DNA from: a virus
Taxonomy: Duplodnaviria; Caudoviricetes
Length of the DNA stretch: 49,567 nt
IMG/VR virus record: IMGVR_UViG_3300044788_000046
Location: 1 to 49,567 of that record
Direction: 5' to 3' (one strand)
A program made the translations under genes and the position numbers. This document shows positions 1-8,395 of the stretch, in pieces (within the stretch, counting starts at the first letter, position 1; the number at the start of each line of letters is the position of its first letter). The notes below the pieces were generated by a model. It worked only from the letters and a program-made list of their open reading frames with translations, ran no database searches and was not told where the DNA came from.

Positions 1-159
1 GGTCTCGATGGTGAGCTGAGCACCGCTCTCCTCGATTGCCGCAATCGCGCAGTCCAGTGCTCGGGCTTCCACGCACGGGCACGAATCGGTGAAGCAGTCT
101 GCTCGATGCTTCCCCCTCTCCTCCCGAAGCTGCGTCAGCAAGTCGTCAGGGTTACTCAT
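1..159 (-). CDS. hypothetical protein, partial (runs off left end)
   Basis: ATG at 159 overlaps the stop of 156..356 (ATGA); reads MSNPDDLLTQLRERGGKHRADC...IET with no stop. Confidence 0.6.
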   Translation of the reverse strand, partial: MSNPDDLLTQLREERGKHRADCFTDSCPCVEARALDCAIAAIEESGAQLTIET

Positions 160-356
160 CGCGGGAGCCGTTCGCGCTGCGCCTTGGTCAGCGTTTCCTC
201 GGTGCGCATGTAGTCGGGATGCCAGACCCAAATCTTGAGCCTGTACTTGACTCGCTCCAGTTCTCCTCCAGTCTCAACGCTGTCGGCAAATTTGCGAAGT
301 TCGGCGGCAACTTCCTTCGCGGACGAGTACTCCCCTAGATCTTTCGGCTCTCTCAT
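156..356 (-). CDS. hypothetical protein
   Basis: 66 aa, ATGA coupling at both ends. Confidence 0.7.
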   Translation of the reverse strand: MREPKDLGEYSSAKEVAAELRKFADSVETGGELERVKYRLKIWVWHPDYMRTEETLTKAQRERLPR

Positions 357-574
357 CTCTCCCCTCCCAGGAGGCGGGCCTTGGCGCGGTGGTACTGGGT
401 CAATGCCGCTTGCAGCTCGTAAGTATTCCCTCCATCCACGTTGGCAACGATGCGCCCACCTTGCCTCGCTATCCTCTCCGCCGCGCGGAGGAGGGCGCGC
501 CAGTCCTTGGTATAGCTCGGGTCGAACTCGTAGCGCATTCGACTCACCAACTTCTCTACCTCGCTACTTGCCAT
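353..574 (-). CDS. hypothetical protein
   Basis: 73 aa, coupled in early operon. Confidence 0.65.
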   Translation of the reverse strand: MASSEVEKLVSRMRYEFDPSYTKDWRALLRAAERIARQGGRIVANVDGGNTYELQAALTQYHRAKARLLGGER

Positions 575-1197
575 CGCTCAGGGCCTCCTGGCAGATGCTC
601 ATTCATCGTCATGCGGACCCCAAGACGCACCATCCGTTCAAGGATGGCCGCCTCACGGCCACGGGCCCACGCTTTCCGCTCGTCCTCAGGAAGCGCCGCG
701 ATGCGTTGGCGGGCGTCGAGAATCACGAGGTGGCAATCGGACAGGCCGAATTTCCCGCCGATGCGCGACAAATACGCGAGCCGCTCGTAGGCGCCACTCC
801 CGAGGTACTCGCGCATCCAGTCCCACCACGCCTGACGCGGCGGGGTGTGGCGAAGATGGTCCGCAGAGCAGAGGGCGAACGTGTTGGTCGGGTCGAACCG
901 GATGGCCCGCTCCGCGCGCGAGAACCCGTGCGCGCAATCCATCGCCTCGGGACGAAACGGAGCGTCGCACATCTCGCAACGCTCGTGGGCCGCGCGAACC
1001 CATACGCTCCACAGGTCATCCGCGATCTTTCGCACGTCTCCAAAGCGGGCGAGGTTGCTACCCTGTGCGCTCGACTTCGCGCGGCGCGTCGCCCTGCGTT
1101 GTCGGCCTCGGCAGACCGAGCACGCCCCGGCCTTCGTGTGACCCGTGCCGCGTTGGCACTTTTCACAAAACAGGAACGCGGCATAGCGGAGACCCAT
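556..1197 (-). CDS. NinG/Rap-like HNH-type recombination endonuclease
   Basis: ADDLWSVWVR..CEMC..DCAH.FSR...IRFDPTN.FALC..DH pattern; start at MGLRY overlapping the upstream stop. Confidence 0.7.
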   Translation of the reverse strand: MGLRYAAFLFCEKCQRGTGHTKAGACSVCRGRQRRATRRAKSSAQGSNLARFGDVRKIADDLWSVWVRAAHERCEMCDAPFRPEAMDCAHGFSRAERAIRFDPTNTFALCSADHLRHTPPRQAWWDWMREYLGSGAYERLAYLSRIGGKFGLSDCHLVILDARQRIAALPEDERKAWARGREAAILERMVRLGVRMTMNEHLPGGPERWQVAR

Positions 1198-1466
1198 CAG
1201 GTCCGCCCCGAGCGCACGAGGTGGCGTTCGGCCCCACCGCGTTCGAGCATCCGCTCGCGCGTCGCGGCCTCGGCCTCGGGCCTGGGCGCCGCCGCATCCA
1301 TCGGCGGACGGCCCGCCTTGACCCAACACCGCGCGGAGCACACGTTGAGCCTCGGGAAGCGCACGAACACGGCGCTGGACTCGCGACACACGTCACAGAG
1401 CCACACCCACGACGCGGCAACCTGGGCGGCGTGTTGCTCGCGTTGATGCTTCGTGGGGGCCTTCAC
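1197..1466 (-). CDS. hypothetical zinc-finger protein
   Basis: CDVC...CSARC motifs; coupled to MTase stop. Confidence 0.6.
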   Translation of the reverse strand: MKAPTKHQREQHAAQVAASWVWLCDVCRESSAVFVRFPRLNVCSARCWVKAGRPPMDAAAPRPEAEAATRERMLERGGAERHLVRSGRT

Positions 1467-2566
1467 TGGGCCCCGTCCGCGAAGAGTGGGCCCGCGATGC
1501 GGCGGCGCGCCATCTCGCAGTAGGCCGGATTCAGCTCGAGCCCGAGGTAGCGCCGGCCGTGACGCAGCGCTACCACGCCGACCGTGCCAGAGCCGCTGAA
1601 CGGGTCAAGCACCAGGTCGCCCGGAGCGGAGCCGGCGAGGATGCACGGCTCTACCGGGGCCTCAGGGAACGTGGCGAAATGGGCCTCAGCGAAAGGCTGG
1701 CTGGCGACGGTCCAGACCGTGCGGCGGTTGCGGGTCGGGCTCGGCCCGATGTGGTGGAGATTGGCGGCCGTGCGGCCCTTCACGGGATCGGCCACGGTGA
1801 ATGCCGTGGGGTTCACGTTCCCAGGACCCTCCGGCCTAAGCGCAGGCTCCTCGATCGCATCGGCGTCGTAGAAGTACCGTTCCGACTTCGCCAGCAGGAA
1901 CAGGTACTCGTGCGCCTTCGTGGGCCGGTCGGTCACGCTCTCCGGCATTGGGTTCGGCTTGGCCCAGATGATGTCCGAGCGGAGATACCAGCCGTCCGCG
2001 TGGAGCGCGAAGGCCACGCGCCAGGGGATGCCCACAAGGTCTTTTGGCTTGAGGCCAGGAATCGGCATCCGGTTCGGGCTTGTGGCAGCGGCACGTTCGG
2101 CCCAACGCGCGCCCTGCTCCCCGCCCCCTGGGCACGCTCCAACCTTTCCCGCCCCGGTCGCGTAGCTATCGCCGAGGTTGAGCCAGAGCGTCCCGTCCTT
2201 TGTGAGCACGCGCCGCACCTCGGAGAACACCTCGACCATGCGCGCCACGTATTCCTCTGGCGTGGCTTCGAGCCCGAGCTGCGCGTCTATGCGGGCCGCA
2301 CCGCACTTGCGACACGTCTGTCCCTGCGGCATGGTGAACGTGCGCATCTTTACGTCCTCGGAAGTGTATCCAGCCAACGACGACGACGACGACGACGCAA
2401 GGGGCATGCCTTTGTGGTCGCACCCATCCGCGCCACCCTCCCATTTCGCGGTCCCGTAATCGCGAAGGCCCCAGTACGGCGGCGATGTCACGCAGCACCG
2501 CACCGACTCGTCCGGCATCTCCCGCAAGAGCGCCAGCGCGTCGCCCTGCCGCACCTCCCACGTCAC
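1463..2566 (-). CDS. N6-adenine/N4-cytosine DNA methyltransferase (beta class)
   Basis: TSPPY catalytic motif, IIWAKPNPMPES, HFATFP, DPFSGSGT SAM-binding motif; GTG start overlapping the upstream TGA. Confidence 0.93.
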   Translation of the reverse strand: MTWEVRQGDALALLREMPDESVRCCVTSPPYWGLRDYGTAKWEGGADGCDHKGMPLASSSSSSLAGYTSEDVKMRTFTMPQGQTCRKCGAARIDAQLGLEATPEEYVARMVEVFSEVRRVLTKDGTLWLNLGDSYATGAGKVGACPGGGEQGARWAERAAATSPNRMPIPGLKPKDLVGIPWRVAFALHADGWYLRSDIIWAKPNPMPESVTDRPTKAHEYLFLLAKSERYFYDADAIEEPALRPEGPGNVNPTAFTVADPVKGRTAANLHHIGPSPTRNRRTVWTVASQPFAEAHFATFPEAPVEPCILAGSAPGDLVLDPFSGSGTVGVVALRHGRRYLGLELNPAYCEMARRRIAGPLFADGAQ

Positions 2567-3075
2567 GCGACGGCCTCGGCGAACCGCTCGTTTGGTTCGG
2601 GAATGTAGATCCCGCATTCGAGCGCGGCCCACGCAGCGATCGCCCGCCAATAGGCGTTGAATTGCACCGTCGTCAATCGCGTGGTGCTCGCCGGCGCTTC
2701 GATCGTGCCGGCCTTCGTACCTGGGAGCGTGAGCACCTCGACGCCCAGGAACCGAAATTTCATCGCCTCGTGTACGTGCTCTTTATCTCGGAACGCGCAT
2801 CGTTCGCCCAGGTCCGCGGCCTTCTTCCGGAACCCGCCGAGGAGCGTAGCGAGCACGACGCCCCAATAGAATCGGTTTTGCGCGTTGCTCCGACGCTTCG
2901 ACATGCGCGCGATCGTCAACGTAACGTGTTGGTCGATGAGGCGGCCGAGGGCCGTCAGCCATGCCGCGGTATTCGCGGGGACGAATGCCGGGACGGTGCC
3001 GCGCCATTCCACCGTCCCGCCCATGTCGATGATGACCTCGGGCGGGGAGTCGATGTCGATGAGGTCCTCGCTCAC
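2563..3075 (-). CDS. NinB/YbcN-like recombination protein
   Basis: RRSNAQNRFYWGVV and STTRLTT.QF..Y motifs. Confidence 0.6.
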   Translation of the reverse strand: MSEDLIDIDSPPEVIIDMGGTVEWRGTVPAFVPANTAAWLTALGRLIDQHVTLTIARMSKRRSNAQNRFYWGVVLATLLGGFRKKAADLGERCAFRDKEHVHEAMKFRFLGVEVLTLPGTKAGTIEAPASTTRLTTVQFNAYWRAIAAWAALECGIYIPEPNERFAEAVA

Positions 3076-3290
3076 TCGTCGCTCCCGGGCTCGCGTGACA
3101 CGGGCTCGGCGCATTGGCTCAAGGTCATCACGCCGGCGGTCACGTTGATCCGCTCCAACCACGCGGCGAGGCTCTCGCCCTCGCGGCGCGGGTTGTCGAT
3201 GCGCGCGTCGTCAACCGCGACCTCTTGGGCCCGGCTCTCGAACGCGGTCCCCTCGCGGACGACGGGCCGCCACTTCCGGGCGCGCTTCAC
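3072..3290 (-). CDS. hypothetical protein
   Basis: GTGA-coupled; ends REPGSDE. Confidence 0.55.
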   Translation of the reverse strand: MKRARKWRPVVREGTAFESRAQEVAVDDARIDNPRREGESLAAWLERINVTAGVMTLSQCAEPVSREPGSDE

Positions 3291-3637
3291 GCCGCGGCCT
3301 TGCGCGCGTGGTAGGCGGCGAGTTTGCGCGCCGACTCCGAGCGGCGAAACGCGACGGACCGGGCGAGCCTGCGGTAGCGGGCCCGAGCCCCTCCTTCGCC
3401 GTGCCGGTAAAGACATCTCGAAGGCGCGGGCCGCTCCGTCACCGATTCGCCTCGGCCCGCGCCTTGACCAGCTTGCCGGCGCGCCACAGCCTTGACGTTG
3501 ATCTGTGTCCCGTCCGGCATGTCAACGCAGATCCACCACGCGTCACGGGCGATCTGTTCGAGATGGAAGTGCTTCGGGCTGGCCGCAACCACCGCATCAA
3601 GGGAGCCGTCCTCGTTGAGCCTGATTTCGTAGCTCAC
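3287..3637 (-). CDS. hypothetical protein
   Basis: GTG start (VSYEIRLNEDGSLD) coupled to upstream stop. Confidence 0.55.
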   Translation of the reverse strand: MSYEIRLNEDGSLDAVVAASPKHFHLEQIARDAWWICVDMPDGTQINVKAVARRQAGQGAGRGESVTERPAPSRCLYRHGEGGARARYRRLARSVAFRRSESARKLAAYHARKAAA

Positions 3638-4332
3638 GCGGGCACCCGCAGGACAGGGACCGCCCGAGCCTTCGCAAGCGCAAGGGCGTAGGCCGAAGGA
3701 TGCTGCGTATCGAAGGGCGGGCACTTCTTGGCTCGAACCCAGTCGCCACGCTTCTCCGCTGGCTCCAGCCAGCGATACGTCGTCCACCGCCCCGGGTCGA
3801 TGCCGATGGCCTTGATACGCTTCGCCGTAATGACTCCGCGTACCTCCAGTTCGGCGAGCACCTGGAGAGCGGCCAGCTTCCACGCCGTCAGCGAGACCGG
3901 GCAGGGCGAGCCGGCCACCGAGTCGGTCGGGCCCCCCGGCAGCGCGTGACGCTCGCCGGGATTCCAGTCGATCCATTCGGCCCGATGGTTTAGGCTCGGG
4001 GCGAAGCCTAAGACGTACGGGCGGAAGACTTCGAGACCGAGCCGCGACGCGATCTCGGAAAGTGGGTTGGTCGTGGGCACCAAAACGGCTCGGAAGTCTG
4101 GCCCCTTATGGTCGAAGTGAAAGGTGTAGTCGTCCGGCGCGGCCTGACCGATGACCTCGGCATTGAGCCTTAGTTTGGCCTGGACCCCGAGCTGCCATCC
4201 CTCGGGATGAACGATGAGGATGTCCCAGCCCGCCCATTCGGCGTAGCACCTCACCTCGGGATGGTCCTTACCAAGCCATAGGATGAAGGCGGCGCAGAGG
4301 TCGGCCTCGGTTGCGAAAGCTTTCGCCTTCAC
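3634..4332 (-). CDS. phage hypothetical protein (possible nuclease-like N-terminus)
   Basis: F.TEADLCAAF...YAEWAGWDIL..QLGVQAK; D-xn-QxK resembles PD-(D/E)xK variants. Confidence 0.65.
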   Translation of the reverse strand: MKAKAFATEADLCAAFILWLGKDHPEVRCYAEWAGWDILIVHPEGWQLGVQAKLRLNAEVIGQAAPDDYTFHFDHKGPDFRAVLVPTTNPLSEIASRLGLEVFRPYVLGFAPSLNHRAEWIDWNPGERHALPGGPTDSVAGSPCPVSLTAWKLAALQVLAELEVRGVITAKRIKAIGIDPGRWTTYRWLEPAEKRGDWVRAKKCPPFDTQHPSAYALALAKARAVPVLRVPA

Positions 4333-4562
4333 GCGGTCCTCTGGGCCAGGACAGGGACCGTGGGCAATGCCGCCTCTTGCTCGGCGCTCCAGCGGTAGCC
4401 GTAGCGATGCTCTTTGCAGTACCGGGACGGGTGCGCGGTCGTGCGTTTGCACTGCCCACGAGCGTTGACGTAGCGCCGGCCCTTGGAGCGCCGCTCCCAC
4501 CAATGCGCGCACCGTTCCACCCTAAGCATCATCGCGTCTCCACCAGGACAGGGACCGTGGGC
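3649..4562 (-). repeat. gene-junction direct repeat, 3 copies
   Basis: ccaggacagggaccgtgggc identical at 4346-4365 and 4543-4562; 14-bp core caggacagggaccg at 3649-3662. Confidence 0.85.
4329..4532 (-). CDS. small Cys/His-rich hypothetical protein
   Basis: C..QCKR..YCKEH; coupled on both sides. Confidence 0.6.
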   Translation of the reverse strand: MMLRVERCAHWWERRSKGRRYVNARGQCKRTTAHPSRYCKEHRYGYRWSAEQEAALPTVPVLAQRTA

Positions 4563-4723
4563 GCGGTCGTGGCCTCCAGCTCGGCAAGCGCCAAGCGCAC
4601 CACGTTTCGGGCCATGCTCAACTTGACCTGGCGCGATTCGATCATCGCAGCCGCGAGCTTCAGCTTGTCGGCGACCGGAAGCGCCTCGATCTCGCGCGCC
4701 AGTCTTTGGGGTTCCTCGCTCAT
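4529..4723 (-). CDS. hypothetical protein
   Basis: MSEEPQRLAREIEAL..., helical; coupled to downstream gene. Confidence 0.55.
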   Translation of the reverse strand: MSEEPQRLAREIEALPVADKLKLAAAMIESRQVKLSMARNVVRLALAELEATTAPTVPVLVETR

Positions 4724-4763
4724 CGTCCCAGCCACAGGGCCGCACGCCAGATGGCCCACACCT

Positions 4764-5231
4764 TCATGCCGCGCTCACGGGTTCAAGCCAGTCTGGCCTG
4801 TTCTCTCGTATCCACGCCTCGACGTTCACGACCGCCTCGTGCGTCGCCTCGCACTGCCAGACCCTGTACTCCTTGTGCATGACCAGCGAAAGGGCCTGGG
4901 CGGCAGTCTCCATCGCGTCGGTCGTTTCGGTCGGCTCATCGCCGCCGTATTCTTCATCTAGCCGTTCGATGAGCGATTCGAGGATTCCTTCCGCGCTGAT
5001 GGACCACTCGTTCGTGAGGAGTTTGAGGCGGGTGAATCCGTGGACGATCAGCGTCTCACCGACGGCGGTCCGGAGATGCTCCAGGATGTTGCATTTGGGC
5101 GACAGCCAAGCATCAAGCGCAGCCTCGATAGCCTCGTCGGGCTCGCTATGGGTCAGCGTCTCCCTGTCGAGGCTGCAATCGAAGAGCGGGCAATCGGCAA
5201 AGCCTTCGTCTCGACTCACGTAGACGCTCAT
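4764..5231 (-). CDS. acidic hypothetical protein
   Basis: Start at MSVYVSRDEG; could extend to GTG 5303 with a hydrophobic N-terminus. Confidence 0.65.
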   Translation of the reverse strand: MSVYVSRDEGFADCPLFDCSLDRETLTHSEPDEAIEAALDAWLSPKCNILEHLRTAVGETLIVHGFTRLKLLTNEWSISAEGILESLIERLDEEYGGDEPTETTDAMETAAQALSLVMHKEYRVWQCEATHEAVVNVEAWIRENRPDWLEPVSAA

Positions 5232-5299
5232 CGAATCCACCCCCCACACAATCCGGCTCAGCCCCCACACCACGGCCCAGGACGCCACGACCAGGGCCG

Positions 5300-5548
5300 T
5301 CACGCGGTCATCGCCTTTTCCCAATACGTCATGGCTTGTTCGACGGGCCCCTCGTAATACAGGAGCGACCGCCCGGGTCGCCTCGTCTCCGTAATTCCGC
5401 GGCGCACCACAAAGAGAGGCACGCCCGTCTCGCGCCAATGCCGCGCTAGCGCCCATTCCATCGAGGACATGAGCCGCTCGACCTTAGTGGCGCGCTCAAA
5501 CTCGGCCCACACCTCGCGGACGTAGTGGGCCTTTTCTTGCTCGGTCAT
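5300..5548 (-). CDS. DnaD-like replication protein C-terminal domain
   Basis: MSSMEWAL..HW.E.GVPL.VV.RGI...RSL.Y...V pattern, resembling a DnaD-like family I recall from Acidobacteria. Confidence 0.55.
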   Translation of the reverse strand: MTEQEKAHYVREVWAEFERATKVERLMSSMEWALARHWRETGVPLFVVRRGITETRRPGRSLLYYEGPVEQAMTYWEKAMTA

Positions 5549-5985
5549 TCGGCGACCTCTTCCCTAGCGGCGGCCTTCTCCCACCGAGCGATCGCGGCCT
5601 TTCGCGCCTTCTCCGTGCGCGACGCCTTGCGATAGAGCGCATTCTCGGTCATGCCTGGATGGTACAGGTCGAAGTTGATGAGCCTCACGCCGCCCGGCAC
5701 GCGCTCTAGCGTTCGGCCCTCGGGGTCGTGCTCAACCGTTCGGCTTTCGGGGTCGGGTGCCGCGAGACGGTCGATCGACGCGCGGACGACTTCGAGCGGG
5801 AGCCCTGTTCGCATCGCGAGCCCGGTGTCTCCGATTCGCACGGTCCCCGGTTCCTCGTTTAGCGGGTCCTGGGCGAGCGCCACGAGGAGCACGAGGAGTT
5901 TGATCGTTTGGGGGTCCTCGGTAAACCACCGCGAGGAGTCGAGTAGGCGACGGCTAACCTTGAACCACCCGTCCGGCTGACTCAT
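5545..5985 (-). CDS. phage replication initiator N-terminal (wHTH) domain
   Basis: GWFKVSRRLLDS.RW...KLLVLL..LA...LINF..Y...KARKAAIARW, typical of replisome-organiser N-termini. Confidence 0.7.
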   Translation of the reverse strand: MSQPDGWFKVSRRLLDSSRWFTEDPQTIKLLVLLVALAQDPLNEEPGTVRIGDTGLAMRTGLPLEVVRASIDRLAAPDPESRTVEHDPEGRTLERVPGGVRLINFDLYHPGMTENALYRKASRTEKARKAAIARWEKAAAREEVAE

Positions 5986-6131
5986 CGGCCGATGCTCGGG
6001 GCATGCTTGGGAATGCTTGGAGCATTTCGCCCATGCTTGGGATGCTCGACTCTCCGTCTCTGTCTCTGTCTCTGTGTCGGTGTACGTCTCTGCACGGACC
6101 GAAACGTCTCTATTCCTAGTGGTAGCGCCAT
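5982..6131 (-). CDS. 49-aa ORF spanning the iteron array
   Basis: MALPLG...QRQRQRRR...NAPSIPKHAPSIGR; ATGA-coupled to the initiator gene. Confidence 0.45.
   Translation of the reverse strand: MALPLGIETFRSVQRRTPTQRQRQRRRVEHPKHGRNAPSIPKHAPSIGR
5992..6092. repeat. putative replication origin: ATGCT(T/C)G iterons plus (TGTCTC)n tract
   Basis: ATGCTTGG at 6003, 6013, 6033; ATGCTCGG 5992; ATGCTCGA 6042 (about 10-bp phasing); then tgtctc repeats. Confidence 0.65.
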
Positions 6132-6135
6132 GGCG

Positions 6136-6693
6136 TTATTCGGCCTCGTGAAGGGTGTAGACGGCGAGTCCGGAGGCGTGGTGCTCCGTGACCGCGATAG
6201 GGTTCCACTCACGCTCTCGACCATGGAACCAGCGGAGGTGCTCGCGGACTTCCATGACGCGGGCCCCGAAGCGGAACCCGCCAACCGCGAGCAGGTCGGC
6301 ATTCGTGGCGGGGCCCTTTCGCAACCGTTCGAGGACGTTGAGGGCCTTGCCCGCGAGTCGCTTTCGGGCCACCGGTGCGACCGTTCCGTTGACCTTCGGG
6401 ACCGGTTGTCCGTCCGGGTCGAACGGGAGCCGCGCCTGTCCCGGGTTGATCCGAGGGCGAGCGTCGGTCCAAATCCGGACTTTGTGACGCTCGCAGCATC
6501 CCGACCTTCGCTGCGCCGGCACGATCCGGCCGCACCGGATGATCGGCACGACGCCGACCGGCGAGAGCCGCGCACCGCATATTCGGTCCGGTCCGACGTA
6601 GCGGAAGCGCCGCGAGGAGCCGTATATACGGGTCCTGTCGTCGCTAAGAGGCGACGGATTGGGCGGGGTGGCGTCTTCTACCTTGGGCGTCAC
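6136..6693 (-). CDS. zinc-binding plus winged-HTH protein
   Basis: C..RC...CCERH and C-terminal VLERLRKGPATNADL...FRFGARV.E.R. Confidence 0.6.
   Translation of the reverse strand: MTPKVEDATPPNPSPLSDDRTRIYGSSRRFRYVGPDRICGARLSPVGVVPIIRCGRIVPAQRRSGCCERHKVRIWTDARPRINPGQARLPFDPDGQPVPKVNGTVAPVARKRLAGKALNVLERLRKGPATNADLLAVGGFRFGARVMEVREHLRWFHGREREWNPIAVTEHHASGLAVYTLHEAE
6619..6635. promoter_or_regulatory. palindrome-cored motif, copy 1
   Basis: gccgtatatacgggtcc, identical to 36686-36702. Confidence 0.5.
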
Positions 6694-7130
6694 TCCGGCG
6701 CCCCTGAGGACAACAGGAGCGGCGAAACCTTGCCTATTTCATAGCGCGTCTTTTCGGCCGCAACCGTCGTGCCGTGTGCGCCACGCACCGTCACGATTTC
6801 GCCCGTGTCTTCACGGACCGTTTGGACCTCGCCCGCCTTGTAGTCTTTGCGGTCGAACACCGTCACCTCGCGGGGCTCACTCCTCGTGCGCACCGCGGCG
6901 GCCAGTTCGCGGGCCTTCGCCTGGATCGTGTCGAGTTCCTCGGCGATGTCTTCTTTGATCGCCTTCGCGGTTTGGGCGGCGCGTTCGGCCTCGGCGGACT
7001 TCTCCGCTTCGTCTCCTACCGTCGTGGCAAGCTCGGAGCACCGGTGCTTGTATTCCGTCTCCGTGAGGGCCACCGGTAGCCGCATCGTCCGCACGTTCTC
7101 GCGTTCGTCGGTGAGCGTCTTGGCTTTCAT
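6690..7130 (-). CDS. coiled-coil hypothetical protein
   Basis: GGAGG RBS upstream; LPV.LT.TE...helical core...VREDTGEIV..R. Confidence 0.75.
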   Translation of the reverse strand: MKAKTLTDERENVRTMRLPVALTETEYKHRCSELATTVGDEAEKSAEAERAAQTAKAIKEDIAEELDTIQAKARELAAAVRTRSEPREVTVFDRKDYKAGEVQTVREDTGEIVTVRGAHGTTVAAEKTRYEIGKVSPLLLSSGAPE

Positions 7131-7147
7131 CTATAGGTCCTCCGTGG

Positions 7148-7369
7148 TTATTGGATCGTCCCGTGGCACAGTGCCGCGAGCCGCGCGACCTCCAGGCTTG
7201 CGGCCTCTTCGATTAGGAATCGCCGCACCCATTCGTGGGCGTCGTCCCGCGTCGCGAACCCGAAAATCAGTTGTTGGTTGGCGCCTTGATCTGACCCGAT
7301 GAAGGCGACCCATGTCCCGACCGCCGGCCCTTCGCCCACGTACGGGCTCGCGCCCAAACAGCGTTTCAA
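7148..7369 (-). CDS. hypothetical protein
   Basis: TTG start overlapping upstream TGA. Confidence 0.45.
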   Translation of the reverse strand: MKRCLGASPYVGEGPAVGTWVAFIGSDQGANQQLIFGFATRDDAHEWVRRFLIEEAASLEVARLAALCHGTIQ

Positions 7370-7947
7370 GCCCGAAACTCCAATTGAACGGGCTCGCGGC
7401 GGTGGGGGCGGCGCGACGTATCGCCGAAGAGTAAGAGCCGGGCCTCCCGCAGGAGTTCCCGCCCCACTCCGTCCGAGGTCCAAAGGGCGACGCCACGGGG
7501 CGTGTGATCGTCCGGGGACATGTCGCGCGAGCGCACGCGGGCGCGGACTGCCGCAGGGGTGCGGCACGTCGAGCCGAGCCGGCGGAAGGCGTCCGCAAGG
7601 TCGGCGGCCTCGTAGAGCATGGTGCTAGCCTCATCACGCATGCGTGAAGACGACCGGAGGGCGTGGGGTCCTTCGCTGCCCGCGGGAGGGCCGACGACGG
7701 GGAGGGCGCGGGCATCGAACGACGCCACGGCAAACGGCGGGGAGCCCGCAGGCCCCCCGCTTCCCCGGGGCGTTACTTGGAGTTCCTCATAGACCTCCCT
7801 TGTTTTGGGTTGTGCTGTGAGCTGGCGGCACGCCACGCCAAGGGCGAGCCACAACAGGGCGCCCAAGAGCGAGCCGAGTAGGATGCCGACCAGGGCGTTG
7901 ACGTGCTCGCCGCCGCGCGTGGCGGCCATCAAAAGCACGCATCGCAA
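7366..7947 (-). CDS. hypothetical protein with N-terminal transmembrane segment
   Basis: ALVGILLGSLLGALLWLALGVA hydrophobic stretch; start uncertain. Confidence 0.5.
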   Translation of the reverse strand: MRCVLLMAATRGGEHVNALVGILLGSLLGALLWLALGVACRQLTAQPKTREVYEELQVTPRGSGGPAGSPPFAVASFDARALPVVGPPAGSEGPHALRSSSRMRDEASTMLYEAADLADAFRRLGSTCRTPAAVRARVRSRDMSPDDHTPRGVALWTSDGVGRELLREARLLLFGDTSRRPHRREPVQLEFRA

Positions 7948-8144
7948 GCGCAGTGGGGCCGCTTGCCGCTCGCACAGAACCGCGACGGGGTGTGCCGGGG
8001 GCCCGTCACGTCGAATGGGTGCCGGTCGCTTTCATAAAACATCTTCCGGCACGTCCGACACGCCGGGTCGATGTAGCCCTCCCGCTCCCACCGCACCATG
8101 ACCTCGCGGCGGGTTTCCGCTCGCGCCTGGGCCGTGGTGCTCAC
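7929..8144 (-). CDS. Cys-rich hypothetical protein
   Basis: CRTC...H..S.FC.SG...HC.CD.CF. Confidence 0.7.
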   Translation of the reverse strand: MSTTAQARAETRREVMVRWEREGYIDPACRTCRKMFYESDRHPFDVTGPRHTPSRFCASGKRPHCACDACF

Positions 8145-8395
8145 GCGGGCCTCCCCGTGGTCGGTTCGAGGTACACGCGAAGCGCCGCGAGCGTGACGGG
8201 CCCGTGGTACGCGATTCTCGGGAGCGGGGCCCCGGCATCACGGAGGGCGAGACACTCCGCGCTCACGCAAGAAGGGCAAAGCATCCGACCCGGGATGACG
8301 AGGTCGCGCACGATGCTCGCCCCGCACCGCGCACACTCGGTCCGCGGTCCCGGAATGCCGGGCGCGGCTACCGGACACATCACGAGGTGCGTCAC
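8141..8395 (-). CDS. zinc-ribbon hypothetical protein
   Basis: CARC...CPSC; GTGA-coupled. Confidence 0.55.
   Translation of the reverse strand: MTHLVMCPVAAPGIPGPRTECARCGASIVRDLVIPGRMLCPSCVSAECLALRDAGAPLPRIAYHGPVTLAALRVYLEPTTGRPA

Noticed and set aside
2376-2397. (GAC)n tract in the methyltransferase as a phase-variation switch
   Set aside because: Triplet unit encodes poly-Ser in a variable insert, so slippage would not shift the frame
7491-7505. 15-bp inverted match to 14871-14885 (acacgccccgtggcg)
   Set aside because: GC-rich 15-mers are expected by chance in 50 kb of this composition, and this one lies within a coding region
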